From Candidatus Kuenenia stuttgartensis (GTDB taxonomy: Bacteria > Planctomycetota > UBA11346), in NCBI GenBank assembly GCA_945876185.1, contig CAMCMZ010000002.1, positions 24,073 through 88,072 on the forward strand: a stretch of 64,000 bases of DNA, given 5' to 3'. The notes beneath the pieces were generated by a model, which was not told where the DNA came from, did not search any database, and saw only the letters and a list, made by a program, of their open reading frames with translations. A program made the position numbers and the translations under genes. Positions 59,045 through 64,000 of the stretch are shown one piece after another; positions within the stretch are counted from its first letter, which is position 1, and each line of letters starts with the position of its first letter.

Positions 59045-59766
59045 CCCTAAAAATCGCAATTGCACCCCATCTGCTGCGTTGGTCGCGGGTCTGCTGGCGC
59101 TGCCACACTCCCTCCTCCCGCCTTGCATCTGGGGCACTCTTGCGATTTTTCAGGAGGTTATTGGGTGGGGTCGCGAGCACGATCGCCGCGCTGGCCATCG
59201 CCAATCTCGTTTTGCTGACCGCCGTCGGTTGCCCCTACCGCGTCCAGGGCCCGCCCGCGATGGCCGAAACGGTGCAGGTCGTCGTGGTCAGCAACGCCAG
59301 CCGCCTGCCGCGCGCGCAGGCCTACCTGCAGGACGAGGTTGCGCTCGCCCTCACCAAACGTCTGGGCTGGAAAGTCGGCCCGACCGGGACCGCCCGCCTG
59401 GAATTGGTGCTCAACCAGGAGCGCAAACGCCAGGTCGGCACTGGCGACCGCAACATCCCCAACCGCTGGTCGATCGTCCTCGATGGCTCCGCTCTGATCG
59501 CCAGTCGCCAGGGCAACCGCACCTACGCCTACACCGGCACTGGCTACGAAAGCTCCCGCGCCGACGAACCCGACGGCCTGCGCGCCGCGGCCGCCGCTTG
59601 TGCCAACGACCTCGCCGGCTGGCTCGAAGCCGAATTCAAGCAACCGATCGCGGCATCGGTGAAGCCAGCCACCGGATCCACGAAGGCCACCAGTGAATCC
59701 GTGCCGCCGGCGACACAGACGGTAAAACCGGGCGAACTGCCAGCACCCGCAGCGGCCAGACCCTGA
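59041..59766 (+). CDS. LptE-like lipoprotein (start uncertain: GTG 59041 or TTG 59161)
   Basis: Lipobox AVGC followed by PYR; follows BamD-like gene. Confidence 0.55.
   Translation: MTLKIAIAPHLLRWSRVCWRCHTPSSRLASGALLRFFRRLLGGVASTIAALAIANLVLLTAVGCPYRVQGPPAMAETVQVVVVSNASRLPRAQAYLQDEVALALTKRLGWKVGPTGTARLELVLNQERKRQVGTGDRNIPNRWSIVLDGSALIASRQGNRTYAYTGTGYESSRADEPDGLRAAAAACANDLAGWLEAEFKQPIAASVKPATGSTKATSESVPPATQTVKPGELPAPAAARP
59049..59150 (+). repeat. ~103-bp dispersed TIR element, copy 3
   Basis: AAAAATCGCAATTGCACCCCATCTGC...CCGCCTTGCATCTGGGGCACTCTTGCGATTTTT. Confidence 0.88.
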
Positions 59767-59827
59767 CCGCCTCGGGTCTGGAATCCTGTGGTTGCTCCCC
59801 GTCGGGGCGTGCGATGATCCCGCCGCA

Positions 59828-61426
59828 ATGCTCGAACGCATCCTGAAGTCCGCCGCCCCCATCACCCGCCTGGCCCTGGCGCTGCTGTACGTCCTGGCGC
59901 TGGGCACCGCGACGGCGACCGATGCCGCGCCGGTGTCGGCCAAGGCGCCAGAGGCGGCGCCGGCCGGCGCCCCGACCGCGACCAAGAGCGGAAAACGGGC
60001 GGCGTACCTCCACATCGACGATGCCATCGATCCGATCCAGGAACGCTACCTCGCCCGCACCTTGACCATGGCGACGGAGCAAAACGTCGACGTGGTGGTG
60101 ATCCACATGACCAGCGATGGCGGCCGCCTCGATTCCGCCTCGCTGATGGTCAACCGCCTGCTCGCGGTCAAACCCGACCGGCCGCGCCTGGTCGCCTGGA
60201 TTGACAACAAGGCCTGGTCTGCCGGCGCGATGATCTCCTACGCCTGCGACGAGGTCTGGATGGGACCGAACGCAAACATCGGCGACATCGGCGTGATCTT
60301 CCTGACCCAGGAGGGCAAGATCGAATATGCGCCGGAAAAGATCGAATCGCCGGTGCGCGCGATGCTGCGCCGCCTGGCCCAGATCCGCAACTGGAACGAA
60401 CCCAAGCTGGTGAAGATGACGGCGCGCAACCAGGAGTTGTACCGCATCGACGTGCCCGCCGTGAACGGCAAGCCAGAGCGCACCGAATACGTGATCGAGG
60501 ACAATTGGCCGGTGTGGAAGGCGGATTGGGAGAAAGCCAACCCGGTCATACCGGCGCCGGAAAAAATCCTCGTCGCCGGCAAGGATCGACTGCTCAGCTA
60601 TACCGCGAAAGAAGCCGTCACCGAAGGCATGGCCACCGGCACCGTCGCCGACCTCGACGCGCTCTATGCCAAACTCGGCATCGACAAGGCCAGCCTGGTC
60701 GACCTGCAGCCCACCACCAACGACCGGGTCAGCCGCACCTTGGCGGGCTGGGCGCCGATCCTGGCCGCGCTGGCGGTGCTCTTCCTGATCCTGGAGTTCA
60801 AGATCCCGGGCGGACTGTTCATCACTCTCGCGGCGGTCGCCGGTGCAGCGTTCATCTTCTGCCAGTACTACCAGGACTTCGTCTCGGCGCTCGAGATCAT
60901 CGCCATCCTGGCCGGAGTCGCGCTGATCATCGTCGACCTCTTCGTGCTGCCCACCGGCGGACTGTTGGCCGGGCTGGGTGCGATGCTCATGGTCGGCGGG
61001 CTGATCGCCTCGTTCATGCCCAACGTCGACAAATGGCAGTTCTCGTCCCCAGGCTGGGGCAATCTGCTCGGCCGGGCGCTGCTGCAATCCACCGTCGCGT
61101 TGGTCCTGATCGCGTTCGGTCTGGTCGCGTTCATCAGCGCTCTGCCGCGCATGCGCGCCGCGCGGCGGATGGCGGTGCAGACCGAGATCGGCGGCACCAG
61201 CGGCGGCACGATCGAGGCCGCCACCACGTCCCTGGTCGGCCGTCTCGCCACCGCGCGCAGCGACCTGATGCCGGGCGGTTTCGTGGTGGTGAACGACGGT
61301 CCGCAGGCCGGCAAGGAACTCAGCGCCACCGCCGCCAACGGCGAAGCAGTCAAGGCCGGCGCCACGGTCGAGATCGTGGCCATTTCCATGGGCGAGGTCG
61401 TGGTACGGCCCCAGGTGCGGGCATGA
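59828..61426 (+). CDS. NfeD family protein, long form (ClpP-like + TM + OB domain)
   Basis: SDGG, AWSAGA.I, IG...EKI, TM block, C-terminal DL.P.G domain. Confidence 0.88.
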   Translation: MLERILKSAAPITRLALALLYVLALGTATATDAAPVSAKAPEAAPAGAPTATKSGKRAAYLHIDDAIDPIQERYLARTLTMATEQNVDVVVIHMTSDGGRLDSASLMVNRLLAVKPDRPRLVAWIDNKAWSAGAMISYACDEVWMGPNANIGDIGVIFLTQEGKIEYAPEKIESPVRAMLRRLAQIRNWNEPKLVKMTARNQELYRIDVPAVNGKPERTEYVIEDNWPVWKADWEKANPVIPAPEKILVAGKDRLLSYTAKEAVTEGMATGTVADLDALYAKLGIDKASLVDLQPTTNDRVSRTLAGWAPILAALAVLFLILEFKIPGGLFITLAAVAGAAFIFCQYYQDFVSALEIIAILAGVALIIVDLFVLPTGGLLAGLGAMLMVGGLIASFMPNVDKWQFSSPGWGNLLGRALLQSTVALVLIAFGLVAFISALPRMRAARRMAVQTEIGGTSGGTIEAATTSLVGRLATARSDLMPGGFVVVNDGPQAGKELSATAANGEAVKAGATVEIVAISMGEVVVRPQVRA

Positions 61427-62169
61427 GATCTGCCGCTCCTCCGCTTGCGCCTGGGACCGCCAGGCTGGAGCCTGGCATGCCGTCCAATCCATCCGGCCGA
61501 CCAGGAAACCCAGGTTTGACCCTGTCCCTGGTGATGCTGGCTTGTGGGTTCGCCTACGCCGCCGCTGGCGAGCCCGCCAAACCGACCGCCATCGCCACCC
61601 CGTTCACCGATCTGCTCGCCGCCGCCGGCCTGCTGCTGCTTGCCGGCGGCCTGGTGGTGGCTGAACTCCTGGTGGTCAGCATGGGCATGCTCGCCGTTCT
61701 TGCGTGCGTCGCTGCTTTCGCCGGTATTTGGCTGGCGTTCGGCGTCCATCCTGTGGCGGGCTGGATCAGCCTGGTGGTGGCGCCGATGATCGGCACCGTC
61801 GCCTTCCGCCTCGGCCTCGATCGCATGCGCCGCTCATCCCTGGTACCCCAGGCCGAGATCACTGCCGACGCCGGCTATCAGCACACCCTCGACCTCCTGG
61901 GCATCCATGTCGGCGCCGAAGGGGAACTGGTCACCGACGCCTATCCCAGCGGTCGCGCCCGCTTCACTACGGCGAAAGGTGCGGTCGAGGCCGACGTCCA
62001 GGTCGGTGGTGGCAGTCTGAAGCGCGGCGCCCGCATCCGGGTGACCGCCATTGACGGCGCCACCGCCCAGGTGATAGCGGTCACCGCGACAGCAGCTTCC
62101 CTCTCCTCTGACGCTTCAACCACCTCGCCCAGCCCAGTCCAACCCACCACATCCACATCGGGATCCTGA
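61423..62169 (+). CDS. NfeD family protein, short form (start uncertain)
   Basis: TM block (ELLVVSMG) and C-terminal G...TD.YPSG.A OB domain; precedes floA. Confidence 0.8.
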   Translation: MRSAAPPLAPGTARLEPGMPSNPSGRPGNPGLTLSLVMLACGFAYAAAGEPAKPTAIATPFTDLLAAAGLLLLAGGLVVAELLVVSMGMLAVLACVAAFAGIWLAFGVHPVAGWISLVVAPMIGTVAFRLGLDRMRRSSLVPQAEITADAGYQHTLDLLGIHVGAEGELVTDAYPSGRARFTTAKGAVEADVQVGGGSLKRGARIRVTAIDGATAQVIAVTATAASLSSDASTTSPSPVQPTTSTSGS

Positions 62170-62172
62170 ACC

Positions 62173-63258
62173 ATGACCACTCTCACCTCCCTCACCTCCC
62201 TCACCCAAGCCTTGTTTGCTGGACCGGAAGCATCCGGGTTATCCAACTGGGAACTCATCGGCATTGGGATAGTTCTACTCATTGTCCTGTCATTGGGTTT
62301 CGTCTTTATGTCGGTCTTCGGCCTGTGGATCCAGGCCCTTACCTCGAATGCGCCGGTGGGGTGGTTCAACATTTTCATGATGCGCTTCCGCAAGGTGAAC
62401 GCCCAGGTCATCGTCACCGCCCGCATCACCGCCAAGAAAGCCGGCATCGACGTCAGTTCCGACCGCCTTGAAGCCCACTACATGGCCGGCGGCCACGTCA
62501 TGCGCGTGATCAGCGCCCTGATCGCCTCCAGCAAGGCCGGCATCGAGCTGTCGTTCGACCGCGCCTGCGCCATCGACCTCGCCGGCCGCGATGTCCTGGA
62601 TGCAGTGCAGACCTCGGTGAATCCCAAGGTCATCGACGTGCCGAACGCCGCCAGCGGCGTCGCCACCATCGACGGCGTGGCCCAGAACGGCATCCAGCTC
62701 AAGGTCAAGGCGCGGGTCACCGTGCGCACCAACCTCGACCGCCTGGTTGGCGGCGCGGCGGAAAACACCATCGTCGCCCGCGTCGGCCAGGGCATCGTCA
62801 GCGCCATCGGCGCCGCCAAGAGCCACATGGAGGTCTTGGAAAATCCCAAGTTGATCTCGAAAATCGTGCTCGACAGCGGCCTTGATGCCTCGACCGCGTT
62901 CTCGATCCTGTCGATCGACATCGCCGACGTCATCGTGGGCGACAACATCGGCGCGCGCTTGCAGACCGATCAGGCCGAAGCGCAGAAGAAGATCGCCCAG
63001 GCCGAGGCCGAACAGCGCCGCGCCATGGCCGTCGCACGCGAACAGGAAATGATCGCCCTGGTCGCCGAGAACCGCGCCAAGGTGGTGGCCTCCGAAGCCG
63101 AGATCCCGCTCGCGATCGCCGACGCGTTCCGGAAAGGAAATCTCGGCATCATGGACTACTACTCGCTCAAGAACCTCCAGTCCGACACCGAGATGCGCAC
63201 CGCCATCGCCGCGCCTCCCGGTTCCAACATCAAGCCGCAGGACAAGACCCCGGGATGA
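62173..63258 (+). CDS. floA: Flotillin-like protein FloA (YqfA)
   Basis: [62 protein letters not shown]. Confidence 0.96.
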   Translation: MTTLTSLTSLTQALFAGPEASGLSNWELIGIGIVLLIVLSLGFVFMSVFGLWIQALTSNAPVGWFNIFMMRFRKVNAQVIVTARITAKKAGIDVSSDRLEAHYMAGGHVMRVISALIASSKAGIELSFDRACAIDLAGRDVLDAVQTSVNPKVIDVPNAASGVATIDGVAQNGIQLKVKARVTVRTNLDRLVGGAAENTIVARVGQGIVSAIGAAKSHMEVLENPKLISKIVLDSGLDASTAFSILSIDIADVIVGDNIGARLQTDQAEAQKKIAQAEAEQRRAMAVAREQEMIALVAENRAKVVASEAEIPLAIADAFRKGNLGIMDYYSLKNLQSDTEMRTAIAAPPGSNIKPQDKTPG

Positions 63259-63365
63259 CCCGCTTTCGTCACCCTGCCGCGCCCGGCGTCTTCGTCGCAC
63301 CTGCAGCGTCCGGCATGCCCGCTGTCCCAGTCGCACCCACCTGACAGCAGGAAAGGCCCTAAACC

Positions 63366-63848
63366 ATGGGATTCCTCGACGAACTGCTGAAGACGATCGA
63401 AGAGGCCGCGGACGAGGCCCAAGGCCGTCAGCGGCCCCGGCCGCAGCAGCCCGCCCCACGCCCGGCGCAGGCCCCGCCCCGGCAGGATCCCGTGCTGGTC
63501 AACGACCGCGATGACGACATCGACACCAACGAGGAGGATCAGCAGCGTCGGCAGCAGGCGGAAGCCGAACGCCAGCGCGCGTTCGCCGAACGTGCCCGCG
63601 CCGAGCACGCCGCCGAGGAGGCGCAGCAGCTGGCCCGGCGCAAGGTGCTTGAAGCAAGCCGCCGCGCCCAGACTGCCGCGCAGACCGTGCAACGGCGCGA
63701 CGCCCAGGTCGCTCGCGCCGCGCCCCCGATCGGCGCCGTCCGCATCGGCACGCTGCTCAGGCAGCAACAGACCCTGCGCGAACTGGTGGTGCTGCGCGAA
63801 GTGCTCGACAAGCCGCTCGCCCTACGACGCGGGTTGCGTCGGCGCTGA
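63366..63848 (+). CDS. Hypothetical protein (YqfB-like position in nfeD-floA operon)
   Basis: Charged coiled-coil; C-terminal LRELVVLREVLDKPLALR motif. Confidence 0.75.
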   Translation: MGFLDELLKTIEEAADEAQGRQRPRPQQPAPRPAQAPPRQDPVLVNDRDDDIDTNEEDQQRRQQAEAERQRAFAERARAEHAAEEAQQLARRKVLEASRRAQTAAQTVQRRDAQVARAAPPIGAVRIGTLLRQQQTLRELVVLREVLDKPLALRRGLRRR

Positions 63849-63908
63849 CGCGTCCCGTCGCGCACCAGCCCTTGCGTTTTGCCACTCCGGTCTTGCTGCC
63901 GGTGCTTC

Positions 63909-64000
63909 ATGGCAAAGGATCCAAGGATCATGGCGCGCGCAGTCATTCCCATCCTCACCGCTGAAAAAGCGATCCATCACCTACGTGGTCAGCGAGTCAT
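63909..64000 (+). CDS. 5' end of probable ORF6N-domain protein
   Basis: MAKDPRIMARAVIPILTAEKAIHHLRGQRV..., resembling the ORF6N I..IRGQ.V motif; truncated by window end. Confidence 0.55.
   Translation, partial: MAKDPRIMARAVIPILTAEKAIHHLRGQRV

Overview
High-GC bacterial chromosomal window. Gene content, BamD/LptE/OmpA-like envelope genes and repeat types suggest a diderm, probably PVC/Planctomycetota-like facultative or strict anaerobe (inference). It is mostly housekeeping and metabolic: accBC, rpsP, ada-like methyltransferase, ugd, type-2 ileS, rdgB, DsbD-like protein, LarA-like protein, cysteine desulfurase, hydF, xylA, an Fe3+-type ABC importer, comF, family-4 UDG, and nfeD-nfeD-floA. It also has a complete ~10 kb methylmalonyl-CoA (propionate/succinate) operon that resembles a transcarboxylase system without a Na+-pump beta subunit. 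Small accessory islets sit between these genes: three toxin-antitoxin modules (one with a frameshifted toxin) and lower-GC orphan genes. No rRNA, tRNA, CRISPR array, transposase, integrase or reverse transcriptase was recognised. The most unusual signals are: (1) three in-frame, AT-rich patches inside the otherwise ~70% GC ileS gene; (2) a dispersed ~103-bp terminal-inverted-repeat element found in the same orientation directly after stop codons, with covarying ends, one copy of which can be read in frame; (3) a ~180-bp cluster of same-strand GC-GNA-GC mini-hairpins beside an MNT-HEPN module; (4) a secreted Trp/His-rich protein with six ~80-aa repeats behind an AT-rich operator; (5) a domain-permuted DsbD; and several further REP-like palindrome families.
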